A DNA stretch of 32,000 nt from an uncultured archaeon (GTDB lineage: Archaea; Asgardarchaeota; Thorarchaeia; Thorarchaeales; Thorarchaeaceae), in the NCBI GenBank assembly GCA_964354495.1, contig CAYHAA010000002.1:90001-122000 (forward strand), in the 5' to 3' direction. Positions 1-9,073 of this stretch are shown piece by piece. The position numbers were made by a program, and so were the translations under genes. The notes below the pieces were generated by a model. The model did no database searches. It saw only the letters and a list, made by a program, of their open reading frames with translations, and was not told the origin of the DNA. Numbering within the stretch: the stretch's first letter is position 1; each line of letters starts with the position of its first letter.

Positions 1-1
1 G

Positions 2-547
2 AGAGATGAGCACTTCAGGCCGAATCTAACTATGGAAGGTCTGGCACAACTACGGCCCGCCTTCAAAAGCGACGGTACGGTCACTGCAGGCAACTCCAGT
101 GGAATCAATGATGGAGCAGCCGCGATGGTCATTATGTCAAAGAAAAAAGCAGGTGAGCTAGGACTCAAGCCATTGGCGAAGTTGACGGGATACGGGATGG
201 GTTGCAGTGAACCACATCTCATGGGAGAGTCACCAATTGCAGCCGTCCAGGATCTCATCAGGAGAACAGGACAGGGATTCTCTGATTGGGACCTCGTGGA
301 ACTGAACGAAGCTTTTGCAAGTCAGTTTCTTGCTGTCGAGAAGGGTCTCAAACCTCTGGGCTTTGACAGGGATAGGGTCAATGTGAATGGATCCGGAATT
401 GGATTGGGTCACCCAGTAGGATGCGCGGGAGCACGGATTGTCATTACGCTCATACATGCCCTGAGAAGAAGAGGGCTCACCAAGGGCATGGCTACTCTCT
501 GCGGCGGCGGAGGTGTCAGTATGGCAACTTCTTGGGAAATCGTTTAG
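2..547 (+). CDS. Acetyl-CoA acetyltransferase (thiolase), C-terminal part; 5' end outside window
   Basis: Frame open from position 2 (RDEHFRPNLTMEGLAQLRPAF). Thiolase motifs TAGNSSGINDGAAA, NEAFA, GHPVG and C-terminal catalytic Cys in LCGGGG. Confidence 0.95.
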   Translation, partial: RDEHFRPNLTMEGLAQLRPAFKSDGTVTAGNSSGINDGAAAMVIMSKKKAGELGLKPLAKLTGYGMGCSEPHLMGESPIAAVQDLIRRTGQGFSDWDLVELNEAFASQFLAVEKGLKPLGFDRDRVNVNGSGIGLGHPVGCAGARIVITLIHALRRRGLTKGMATLCGGGGVSMATSWEIV

Positions 548-605
548 CCAATACGTTTTGAGTCGCTACTTCGAAATACACAGCACGTGAAACTCCAGCA
601 GTACC

Positions 606-612
606 TTTATTA
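606..612 (+). promoter_or_regulatory. Possible archaeal TATA box (TTTATTA) for the disulfide reductase gene
   Basis: Lies 24-30 nt upstream of ATG 636 with no Shine-Dalgarno, which fits a leaderless transcript. Confidence 0.35.
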
Positions 613-635
613 CGTAGTTCACTATTGTTAATAAT

Positions 636-2057
636 ATGGAAAGATATGACCTGATCGTCATTGGCTCGGGAGCTGGAATGAACGTCGCCTCTGCGGCTTA
701 TGAAAAAGGCTTACGCGTTGCAATAGTTGAGAATGGGCCGATGGGAGGAACCTGTCTTAATCGAGGATGCATACCTACAAAGATCCTCACGTATGTTACA
801 GATGTCATTACGGAGGCGAAGCACCTCGAGTCACTTGGCGTCAAGCTTCAGGTTGAAAATATTGATTATTCCTGGATCATGAAACGGATGAGAGAAGAGG
901 TCGACACTTCCAGCCATCAGCAGGGACAATCTGTTGACGAAGCAGAGGGAATTGATTGGTACAAAGGCATAGGGCAATTCACAGACGACTACACGATGGA
1001 AATCAATGGTAAGAGAATAAGGTCCCCCAATATCGTCATTGCTGCCGGTGCGAGACCGGACATTCCTAAAATCAAAGGTCTCGACGAGGTGGAGTACCTC
1101 GTGGAAGATGATGCACTTCATCTCATGGAAAAGCCAAAGTCCATGATTATCATCGGTGGAGGGTACATAGCTGCTGAATTCGGGCACTTCTTTTCCGCCG
1201 TTGGAGTAGCTGTAACAATCATAGGCAGAAATTCCCACCTGGTCAGGAATGAAGATAATGATGTATCTGAGGTCCTGCGAGAAGAGCTCTCAAAGAGGAT
1301 GAACATCCTTGTGAATCACGAGGTCATAGAAGTCAAGCAAGATGGACAACAAAAGATGGCCTGGGCACGCGATTGTGACACCGGCGAGGTCAAAGAGTTT
1401 AGGGGAGGGGCACTCCTAATTGCTGCAGGCAGACGCTCCAATGCAGACGTGTTCAAACCGGAGAAAACAGGAGTGAAGGTGGACGAGCAGGAGTGGGTCA
1501 TTGTTGATGACTATTTCAGGACAAGCAAGAAGGGAATCTGGGCGTTTGGGGACGCCATCGGACGCTATCAGTTCCGACACGTCGCAAATGCCGAGTCAGA
1601 CATTGTATGGTCCAATCTGTCAGAAGTCATGAGCAATGGCAAAGACGCCGAACTTCTTACAATGGACTATCATGCTGTTCCGAGAGCTGTGTTCTCATAT
1701 CCTCCAATTGCGACCGTGGGCATGACACTAAGAGAGGCAAAAGAGTCGGGGCATCAATTATTGGTTGGACAGGGGGACTACTCTATAGCAGCAAAGGGAT
1801 TCGCCATGGGGAATCCACCAAGTCTGGTCAGGGTCATTGTGGATGCTGAGAGTAGGAGAATCCTTGGAGCAAGCATCGTCGGGCCTGATGCGCCAGTGTT
1901 GATCCAAGAGATTGCGAACCTCATGTACACTCAAGATGGCAGCTTCTACCCAATGCTTCAGGCAATGCATATTCACCCGTCACTCAGTGAGGTCGTTCAG
2001 AGAACCTTCGGAAGATTGGCGCCGCCGGACCATGTACACGGACATCATCATCAATAG
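636..2057 (+). CDS. Class I pyridine nucleotide-disulfide oxidoreductase (dihydrolipoamide dehydrogenase / mycothione reductase-like)
   Basis: FAD motif VIGSGAG, redox disulfide GGTCLNRGCIPTK, NAD(P) motif IIGGGYIAAEF, GD motif WAFGD, catalytic His-Glu HIHPSLSE, C-terminal tail HVHGHHHQ. Confidence 0.93.
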   Translation: MERYDLIVIGSGAGMNVASAAYEKGLRVAIVENGPMGGTCLNRGCIPTKILTYVTDVITEAKHLESLGVKLQVENIDYSWIMKRMREEVDTSSHQQGQSVDEAEGIDWYKGIGQFTDDYTMEINGKRIRSPNIVIAAGARPDIPKIKGLDEVEYLVEDDALHLMEKPKSMIIIGGGYIAAEFGHFFSAVGVAVTIIGRNSHLVRNEDNDVSEVLREELSKRMNILVNHEVIEVKQDGQQKMAWARDCDTGEVKEFRGGALLIAAGRRSNADVFKPEKTGVKVDEQEWVIVDDYFRTSKKGIWAFGDAIGRYQFRHVANAESDIVWSNLSEVMSNGKDAELLTMDYHAVPRAVFSYPPIATVGMTLREAKESGHQLLVGQGDYSIAAKGFAMGNPPSLVRVIVDAESRRILGASIVGPDAPVLIQEIANLMYTQDGSFYPMLQAMHIHPSLSEVVQRTFGRLAPPDHVHGHHHQ

Positions 2058-2227
2058 TCTCGATGGTATGGCGGGTCATTCTACATAGGAGAATGACACT
2101 CTCTGAAGAGATTCGTACTCACGAAGTGAATCCTGCATCATTTACTGTCTGATTTAGAGTCGAAAGACAATATAGTCTGTTTGCTTAACAAGAACGCTGT
2201 AGTAGCTACTCTGGACGGAATTAGAAA

Positions 2228-3091
2228 ATGTGCGAGTGGTGTTTCAAGCACGGAGCTGGAAAAAGATGGTACCTTAACTCCAAGAATTACCTGGAGCAGA
2301 CAGCACGGGAAACAAATGCTCACGAATATATTTTCGAGCTCTGGAAGCAATTCGAGAAGATCTATCTCCAGAAGATCTATGGCATCTCAATGAAAGGACC
2401 GGGATACAAGTTCAGCACGCCCATTGTTGGCAGAGCATTGAAAGGCTATGTGAATTCATGGTTCCGCAAGGAGAAGGGAATACGCAACCCCCGGCGTGGC
2501 GAAGGGCATCCCGGTCAAGTTGTGACTCTAGAAGATGCCAAGAAGATACTTGAAATTGCCAGTCCAGTCTTGAAGGTCAATTGTGCGTGTCGACAGATGA
2601 GCCGTGGAATCCAGGATCCATGCTGTCTCACATTTGGAGCCCTTGCCGAGGAGGTTCCGAAGCTGCCAAGATTCATTCCTGAACGGGGGGCGGAGTGGCT
2701 TCATGTGGATGAGGCTCAAGACTTCGTTGAAACTATGAACAGATCCGGTCGTGTAAACACGGTCTGGTTTGGACCTATTCCATACATCGCGGCTCTCTGC
2801 AGCTGCGAGAGACCGGAGTGCGCTGCAGCTAGGATCAGAATGGAGTATGGCCTCAAGTTCTTGTACAAGGGCGAATACGTCGCCCAAGTCAATTTCGAGA
2901 AATGCAACGGGTGCGCAGTCTGTAATTCTCGTTGTCAATTTGGTGCTCTGACATTTAACAGCTTGATGAATGCGCCATATATTGATGCTAGGCGGTGCTT
3001 CGGATGCAGTCTGTGTGCTACTGCGTGTCCTGAGAACGCCATTCAGATGGTGGACAGAAATGAGAATCCTGTCCTGAAGGATGTGTGGTAG
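2228..3091 (+). CDS. Cys-rich 4Fe-4S dicluster-domain protein
   Basis: Two ferredoxin motifs CNGCAVCNSRCQ and CFGCSLCATACP. Additional Cys groups MCEWC, CACR, CC and CSCERPEC. Confidence 0.88.
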   Translation: MCEWCFKHGAGKRWYLNSKNYLEQTARETNAHEYIFELWKQFEKIYLQKIYGISMKGPGYKFSTPIVGRALKGYVNSWFRKEKGIRNPRRGEGHPGQVVTLEDAKKILEIASPVLKVNCACRQMSRGIQDPCCLTFGALAEEVPKLPRFIPERGAEWLHVDEAQDFVETMNRSGRVNTVWFGPIPYIAALCSCERPECAAARIRMEYGLKFLYKGEYVAQVNFEKCNGCAVCNSRCQFGALTFNSLMNAPYIDARRCFGCSLCATACPENAIQMVDRNENPVLKDVW

Positions 3092-3313
3092 ATGAAGACG
3101 AAGATTGTAGTTGACTACGACAAATGCAAGGACCCCCGAGTGTGCAAGAAGTGCCTCCAAATCTGTCCTCCAGCCATCTTCATCCTGTACTCTCCAGACT
3201 ACATCAACAATGATCCTACTGATTGGAGGGTAGACGTGGCATTCACAGATCTCTGCACGAGATGCAATCAATGTGTTAATGTCTGCCCCTTAGATGCTAT
3301 CACAATCAAGTAA
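3092..3313 (+). CDS. Small 2x[4Fe-4S] ferredoxin
   Basis: Motifs CKDPRVCKKCLQICP and CTRCNQCVNVCP. ATG directly follows the TAG of the upstream gene. Confidence 0.9.
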   Translation: MKTKIVVDYDKCKDPRVCKKCLQICPPAIFILYSPDYINNDPTDWRVDVAFTDLCTRCNQCVNVCPLDAITIK

Positions 3314-3410
3314 TGCGCTGACGTTCAGCTAGACTGTTTTGGCAGAAAAAGCGAATCTATTTCAGTGAGTTTTACGTACAGATTTCCTGAATCTTAGGAT
3401 TCATATGAAC

Positions 3411-3416
3411 GGAGGT
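3411..3416 (+). promoter_or_regulatory. Shine-Dalgarno GGAGGT for the ABC substrate-binding gene
   Basis: Perfect GGAGGT 7 nt upstream of an in-frame CTG at 3424; 37 nt upstream of ATG 3454. Confidence 0.55.
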
Positions 3417-3423
3417 AAAAAAA

Positions 3424-4212
3424 CTGGCCGAATCAGGCGGAAAAACCGTAATAATGGCAGCAATGCTGATAGTTGGTATAATTGTCGGCTTTGGGATTGG
3501 ATACTTCGCACCGTCATTGGTTGCATCTGATGATTACGATGTGATCATGGCGCGAGGTTCAATCATTGTAGGAACTAACTCAGGATGGCCACCATTTGAG
3601 ATGGTCAATACAACTACTGACCAATTAGAAGGATTCGATATAGATCTAGGAGAAATGGTCGGTGACTATCTTGGAGTAAATGTAACATGGATTGATATGG
3701 ACTTTGACTCGCTCGTAGCTGCATGTCAAGGAGGAACAATCGATATGATTGCCTCTGCGACATTCATAACTCCAGAACGTTGTGCAGTCCTTCAACCAGT
3801 GACATGGTATATCAGAACAAATGAGGTCATCGTTGTCAAGAGCAGTTCGAACTTTACAATGGATAATCTCACGGACCTCGTCGGAATGGACGTTGGTGTT
3901 CAGACAGGAACAGTCGAAGATGAAGAGCTATCAGACATAGCTGGTATCGTTCTACACAGGTATCAATATGTCGAAACAATGTTTGCAGACATGGACGCAG
4001 GTGCTCTAGATGCTGTATACGTAGACGAGCCAATTGTCGGTATCTATGGAGGTCTCTATAGCATCAAGATAATCTTCACAGTGACTGCTCCACCGACTGC
4101 ATTCTACATCAGATATGGCAGTGACAGGCTTTCGGCTGCAATCAACAGTGCTATTGCTGAAGGATTTGCAGATGGCACTGTAGATGCACTCATTGCCAAG
4201 TGGTTCGGTTGA
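3424..4212 (+). CDS. Polar amino-acid ABC transporter substrate-binding protein (SBP family 3), N-terminally membrane-anchored; start CTG 3424 or ATG 3454
   Basis: Hydrophobic N-terminal anchor, GTNSGWPPFE, EGFDIDL, ITPER, GVQTGT and VYVDEP. Four N-x-S/T sequons (NTT, NVT, NFT, NLT). Confidence 0.92.
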   Translation: MAESGGKTVIMAAMLIVGIIVGFGIGYFAPSLVASDDYDVIMARGSIIVGTNSGWPPFEMVNTTTDQLEGFDIDLGEMVGDYLGVNVTWIDMDFDSLVAACQGGTIDMIASATFITPERCAVLQPVTWYIRTNEVIVVKSSSNFTMDNLTDLVGMDVGVQTGTVEDEELSDIAGIVLHRYQYVETMFADMDAGALDAVYVDEPIVGIYGGLYSIKIIFTVTAPPTAFYIRYGSDRLSAAINSAIAEGFADGTVDALIAKWFG

Positions 4213-4225
4213 AAGGTGGCAACGA

Positions 4226-4921
4226 ATGCAAGAGTCACAGGGTCTTTTTGACATACTTGTATTGATCATGATACGAGGGCTCCCGATGACTCTTGCTCTC
4301 ACTCTTTTTGCGCTGGCTATTGGTTTCGTGATTGGAATCGTACTAGCTGTAGTACGCGTATACGCCCCGAGAGAGTTACAATGGATCGCTCAAGGGTACG
4401 AAAAGACGCTTAGAGGGATTCCACTTTTGGTCCTTCTGATGATTTTTGGAATTGGATTGTCAAGGCTATTCATGTGGGCAGGACCCGGAGAAGGCGCATT
4501 GTTCGTTGGTGCAGTGGTTGCGCTTGCACTGAGAAGTGGTGCCTATCAATCAGAGATTTTCCGTGGAGCAATTATGTCTGTCGATCTCGGGCAGATGATG
4601 GCTGCCCAGTCATTAGGGATGACAAGCACTCAATCTACACTGCACATAGTTCTTCCACAAGCAATTCGATTGTCTTTGCCAGGATGGGCAAACGAATATG
4701 CCGTAATTATCAAAGACTCATCGCTAGCTGTAGCGATTGGTGTACAAGAGATAATCTATCAGAGTGATGCCTTTCGATGGGTATACCCGGAGCTATTCTT
4801 TGGAATCATTTTGGTGGTCGCGTTGATTTACTTTATGTTTACATATCCAGTCACGAAGTATATGGGAGAGGCTATGACAAAGAAACTTAGACGGCTTGGT
4901 CTTGGCGGAGGCAAACAATGA
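4226..4921 (+). CDS. Polar amino-acid ABC transporter permease
   Basis: [19 protein letters not shown] (EAA loop), PQAIRLSLP and KDSSLA. Start refined to ATG 4226, which has AAGGTGG upstream. Confidence 0.93.
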   Translation: MQESQGLFDILVLIMIRGLPMTLALTLFALAIGFVIGIVLAVVRVYAPRELQWIAQGYEKTLRGIPLLVLLMIFGIGLSRLFMWAGPGEGALFVGAVVALALRSGAYQSEIFRGAIMSVDLGQMMAAQSLGMTSTQSTLHIVLPQAIRLSLPGWANEYAVIIKDSSLAVAIGVQEIIYQSDAFRWVYPELFFGIILVVALIYFMFTYPVTKYMGEAMTKKLRRLGLGGGKQ

Positions 4922-5688
4922 CAGTAGTTCTTAAAATTCGAGATGTCTGGAAAGCTTATGACAAACAGGAGGTGCTCAAGGGAATCTCATTCGAAGTTGC
5001 GGAAAGAGAGGTGAAGGTTGTCTTTGGCCCAAGTGGATCCGGAAAGAGCACTCTGCTCAGAGTCATCAATATGCTCACACCCCCTGATGAGGGAGAAGTG
5101 CTGCTCCGCGGAAAGAGTCTGATGGATCCAAAAGCTAATCTTTGCGAGATGCGCTCACACATTGGCTTTGTTTTCCAGAACTTCAACCTATTCGCTCATC
5201 TTCGAGCACTAGATAATGTCAGCATTGGGCCTCGTCTTGTTCTCGGAATGACGAAGGAGGAAGCTCAGGAAGTCGCGAACAAAGCATTGGCGAAGGTGAA
5301 GATGGAAGATTGTTGTAGCCATTACCCTGCAGAACTAAGTGGAGGTCAGCAACAGCGGGTTGGCATCGCACGCTCGCTGGCCATGAATCCTGATGTGATT
5401 CTATTTGATGAGCCAACTAGCGCACTGGACCCAGAGCTGATAGGCGAGGTATTGCAGGTCATGCTAGATCTCGCAAAGGAAGGCACAACAATGATTGTTG
5501 TGACTCATGAAATGGGCTTTGCGCGTGCTGTTTCAGATGAAATGCTCTTCATGGACGGAGGAGTCATTGCAGAAAGGGGAACCCCGCAACACTTCTTCAC
5601 GAACCCGGAAACAGACCGAGCAAAGCGGTTCCTGCATAGACTTGAGGTGCTTTATGGACAAGCCGAGTCTGGAAAGGACTCTGAATGA
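4918..5688 (+). CDS. Polar amino-acid ABC transporter ATPase (GlnQ-like)
   Basis: Walker [11 protein letters not shown]-loop VFQNFNLF, signature LSGGQQQR, Walker [13 protein letters not shown]-loop VVTHE. ATGA overlap with the upstream permease. Confidence 0.96.
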   Translation: MTVVLKIRDVWKAYDKQEVLKGISFEVAEREVKVVFGPSGSGKSTLLRVINMLTPPDEGEVLLRGKSLMDPKANLCEMRSHIGFVFQNFNLFAHLRALDNVSIGPRLVLGMTKEEAQEVANKALAKVKMEDCCSHYPAELSGGQQQRVGIARSLAMNPDVILFDEPTSALDPELIGEVLQVMLDLAKEGTTMIVVTHEMGFARAVSDEMLFMDGGVIAERGTPQHFFTNPETDRAKRFLHRLEVLYGQAESGKDSE

Positions 5689-6467
5689 TTGGAGGAATCT
5701 TGCTGACGACAAGCATGTCATCTACATTCTTCATGGCTCTTCAACTAGAGCCGTATTATGATGACCTATTCGCTGGATTCCTCATGTCCATGGGTCTGTA
5801 TATTTTCGGCATTCTCCTAGGTCTCGGTCTCGGCATCTTCTTTGCTGTTGTTCGGCATTTTGGCGGTCCACTCACCTCTAGAATTGCTACGGTCTATATC
5901 GAGTTTTTTAGAGGCACCCCGCTAATCGCCCAGATATTGCTTGTTGTCTATATGCCACCAGCACTAAATGCATGGTTGGAAGCAATGGGCTGGCAGACAA
6001 TCGATTTCAACTGGCAAGTGGTCATTCCTGATTTAGGGGGCACATTGAGAATTGTCTTCTCTGCCAGAATTCTCTTATGTGCAATTGTATTGGGTTTGAA
6101 CAGCGCAGCATATCAAGCTGAGTTCATCCGTAGTTCGATGGCGTCCATATCAGCCGGACAGTCGCTGGCTGCCATCTCCATTGGGATGACAAGAAGACAA
6201 GAAATCAGATATATTATGCTCCCGCAGAGTCTCAGGCGCGCAATCCCAGCATGGTCGAATGAAGCAGTGTATCTCCCACAGTATACAACTGTTTGTTTCA
6301 TTGTCGGAGTGGAGGAATTCTTCGCAATGGCAAGATTAGTCTCTACACGTACTTACCTGGTTCTTCCTGTTTACGCGCTGACTGCTGTTATATTCCTCAT
6401 TCTAGTGAGTGCAATATCCTTCCTATTGAACCGCTTCTATGACCGAGTAAAGATTCCAGGAATCTAG
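5685..6467 (+). CDS. Polar amino-acid ABC transporter second permease
   Basis: [24 protein letters not shown] and [13 protein letters not shown] overlap with the ATPase. Confidence 0.93.
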   Translation: MIGGILLTTSMSSTFFMALQLEPYYDDLFAGFLMSMGLYIFGILLGLGLGIFFAVVRHFGGPLTSRIATVYIEFFRGTPLIAQILLVVYMPPALNAWLEAMGWQTIDFNWQVVIPDLGGTLRIVFSARILLCAIVLGLNSAAYQAEFIRSSMASISAGQSLAAISIGMTRRQEIRYIMLPQSLRRAIPAWSNEAVYLPQYTTVCFIVGVEEFFAMARLVSTRTYLVLPVYALTAVIFLILVSAISFLLNRFYDRVKIPGI

Positions 6468-6502
6468 TCAGTGAGGACCAATCGCTCGTTTATCCTTCAT
6501 AT

Positions 6503-7648
6503 TCATGTCAGTCTATCGACTAATTCACTAAGATCCAGAATCTCCAAGGAATCGTCAGACTGAGCATCACTAAGTCCTCGTTTACAGAATGGGCATCCGG
6601 ACACCAGAACACTAGCTCCAGTGCTTTTTGCATGGTTCATGCGAATCTTTGCAGTCTCGAGGCTCCAATCAGGGTATGCAGACTTGCAGCCACCTCCTGC
6701 TCCGCAACACCAAGCATTCTCGCGTATTCCATCTTCAGCACTGATTTCCCTGAATGTAATAGGGAGTTGTCCTAAGACATCTCTTGGAGCATCATACTCG
6801 TTCATATGCCTTCCAAGGTGACACGGATCATGATATGTCACTTGTAAGGGGTTAGGAATTGAGTGAGTTGCCAATCGACCACTCCGAAGAAGTTCCCTGA
6901 TATACTGCGAGATGTGCATGATTTCCGCATTCAATTTAATGCCCATCTTGGGATAATCCCGGGCAAGTGTTCTATAGCATCCCGAACAGGATGTGACAAC
7001 CCTTTGAGCGCCCGTCGCTTCGATTACTTCTTGGTTGTGTTCAGCCAGCGCACTGGTCAACGAGAGCTGCCCAGTCCGGAGTAAGGGCGACCCACAGCAA
7101 TACTCGTCTACGATCGTAAAATCGACTCCGGCCTTTTTGAGAAGAGAGATTGTTGAGTCACGTATTTCTTCTTCACGATAATTGGATGTGCAGCCAACGA
7201 AATAGACCACCGATGCGCTCAGAGGAAGATTGTGAGCCCTTGTCAATGCTCTTGAATGGTGAGGTGCACCGTAGGGATTGTGATTCTCACTAATTCGCTC
7301 GGCAAATTTCCTGTGCTCAGGAAGTGGACCCAGTTCCTTCACAGCAAGAGCTCTTAGTTCCTCAATGACATCTAAGATATTCTGTCGCTGGGGTGCCAAA
7401 CACTGTACTTCACAAGCGCCGCATGTCGTACAGGCAAAGATGGGATCCAGCAGCGATGCATCCCACTCTAGCTCGCCTTTCTGAATTCCATGTGCTATCC
7501 ACAACCTACCGGATGCAAAGTAGGTTTCAAAACTGAATGACTCGCCTGAGGGACATGAAGGACTGTATTCCTTGAAGGTATACTTGCAGTTTCCACAGCG
7601 GATGCAACTATGGAGCCACTCCTCAATTGCAGTTGGCAGAGTGGTCAT
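6503..7648 (-). CDS. (Fe-S)-binding oxidoreductase subunit with CCG domains (GlcF/GlpC/HdrD-like)
   Basis: N-terminal CIRCGNC..CP and CTTCGACEVQC. CCG-domain motifs FVGC/CCGSP/SCSGC and HDPC/CCGAGGG/GCPFC. Confidence 0.92.
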   Translation of the reverse strand: MTTLPTAIEEWLHSCIRCGNCKYTFKEYSPSCPSGESFSFETYFASGRLWIAHGIQKGELEWDASLLDPIFACTTCGACEVQCLAPQRQNILDVIEELRALAVKELGPLPEHRKFAERISENHNPYGAPHHSRALTRAHNLPLSASVVYFVGCTSNYREEEIRDSTISLLKKAGVDFTIVDEYCCGSPLLRTGQLSLTSALAEHNQEVIEATGAQRVVTSCSGCYRTLARDYPKMGIKLNAEIMHISQYIRELLRSGRLATHSIPNPLQVTYHDPCHLGRHMNEYDAPRDVLGQLPITFREISAEDGIRENAWCCGAGGGCKSAYPDWSLETAKIRMNHAKSTGASVLVSGCPFCKRGLSDAQSDDSLEILDLSELVDRLT

Positions 7649-9069
7649 AGGCCAAGCCTCCCGGGATTCATGATATTGTTCGGGTCTAATAGCTTCTTCA
7701 GGTCTCTCAGAAGTTTGAAGAAGGCGGGATCAGCGAACTGCCGTAGTCTTCTTGCTGACCATACGGGAGTCTTGTAGGGAATCGCCTTGAGCTCCAAGGC
7801 AAGGTCAAGAAGTTCCTCGTTACATCGACGTACACGTTCAAGAGTTGCAGGATCCTTTGGAAACCTGATGATGAATTTTAACTCTGCAAAATGAAGCATG
7901 TGCATGGGTTTGAGAAAGGACATCAACTCGAAACCATACTTCTCAACAATCTTTCTCCCGCCCTCCAGAGCAGCTCCCCAGTTTTTGGGATGGATATATG
8001 TTCCTACCCAGGTAAGCCCATCATGTTGGGCGAGCACTTTGAACGCATCGGAAGGAAAATCAATCCAGGCATTCGCCTGTTCACCCATCAGTTTTGTGAC
8101 CGTTCCCCAATCGATGAGGAGATTTCGTGGTTCGTCCTTCTTGGAGAGCTCAACAAGATGCTCTAGCTGTCTATACTTCTCATTCAATTCGATTTCCGAA
8201 TTCGCAGATAGAATGAGGACAGTACCGTAGTCTGGTTCTCCTCGGTGGGGTTTCACTGGTGGTGCGACGCCCATTAGCATCTTTACAATAGAGAGCGACT
8301 GGCAATCAGCATCTTCAATGATACCCTCCCGGACAATCCTCTTGAGCAGATCTGTTGTCTGATGTTCTCCAAAGGTGAATAGAGCTGCATAGGCAATTGC
8401 CTTCTTCTTCGGCCAGAGCTTGAGTGAAATCTTCGTTACAATGCCAGTCATTCCTTGCCAGCCAGAAAAGAGACCAACCAAATCTGGAAGAGGATATCTT
8501 CCAAACCAATTCCCTTCTCCCATGATTCCAGAACCAACACGGACTATGTCGCCATTTGGCAGTACTGCCTCAAGTCCATTGATGAAATCGGACATCGCGC
8601 CATGCGTTGTCGAGAGATCACAGAGTCCTTGGAGTAGCGCGTTCGCCATGACCGAAGTGAAGGGTGGTGCGAGTGGGTACGTGTATCGTAGTGTTGGATA
8701 GTGCTTGCTTAGATGTTTCTTGACATCGCCAAAGGTCACGCCTGGCTCCACGAGCATGTACATCGCTTCCTCATCCACTTCCAGAATTCTATCCATGCGC
8801 TTGAGATCTACAATGACTGCTCCTTCGACCTGTGGTATCGTCAGACCTCCAACACTCTGTCCTGTGACAAAGGGAACCAGAGGCGTTCGGGTCTCATTGG
8901 CGAGCCTGATTATTTTCTGAACTTCCTCAACAGTCGAAGGCATCACAACCATCAGGGGTTCTTTAGAGAGATTCTCTGTCATGTCAAATGAATAGACGTA
9001 CCGTTCCCCAGCTCCATCAGCAACGTGTTGTTCCCCAACGATCTGTTGAAACTGCGATTTCAGGTTCAT
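7645..9069 (-). CDS. FAD-binding oxidoreductase (GlcD / VAO-PCMH family)
   Basis: VVMPSTVEEV, GQSVGGLT, VDLKRMDRILEVD, VEPGVT, GLEAVLPNGDIV, GMTGIVTK, LKKLLDPNNIMNPG. 4-bp overlap with the Fe-S gene. Confidence 0.92.
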   Translation of the reverse strand: MNLKSQFQQIVGEQHVADGAGERYVYSFDMTENLSKEPLMVVMPSTVEEVQKIIRLANETRTPLVPFVTGQSVGGLTIPQVEGAVIVDLKRMDRILEVDEEAMYMLVEPGVTFGDVKKHLSKHYPTLRYTYPLAPPFTSVMANALLQGLCDLSTTHGAMSDFINGLEAVLPNGDIVRVGSGIMGEGNWFGRYPLPDLVGLFSGWQGMTGIVTKISLKLWPKKKAIAYAALFTFGEHQTTDLLKRIVREGIIEDADCQSLSIVKMLMGVAPPVKPHRGEPDYGTVLILSANSEIELNEKYRQLEHLVELSKKDEPRNLLIDWGTVTKLMGEQANAWIDFPSDAFKVLAQHDGLTWVGTYIHPKNWGAALEGGRKIVEKYGFELMSFLKPMHMLHFAELKFIIRFPKDPATLERVRRCNEELLDLALELKAIPYKTPVWSARRLRQFADPAFFKLLRDLKKLLDPNNIMNPGRLGL

Positions 9070-9073
9070 TGGA

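Noticed and set aside
2093-2152. 19-aa ORF MTLSEEIRTHEVNPASFTV ending in TGA, with AGGAG upstream
   Set aside because: The SD is only 1 nt from the ATG. TGA readthrough hits TAA after 11 codons and gives no redox motif, so a selenoprotein is not supported.
2528-3271. 247-aa antisense ORF
   Set aside because: Shadow of two well-supported Fe-S genes, with no recognisable motifs.
4184-4225. N-terminal extension of the permease to ATG 4184
   Set aside because: It overlaps the upstream gene; ATG 4226 has a good SD.
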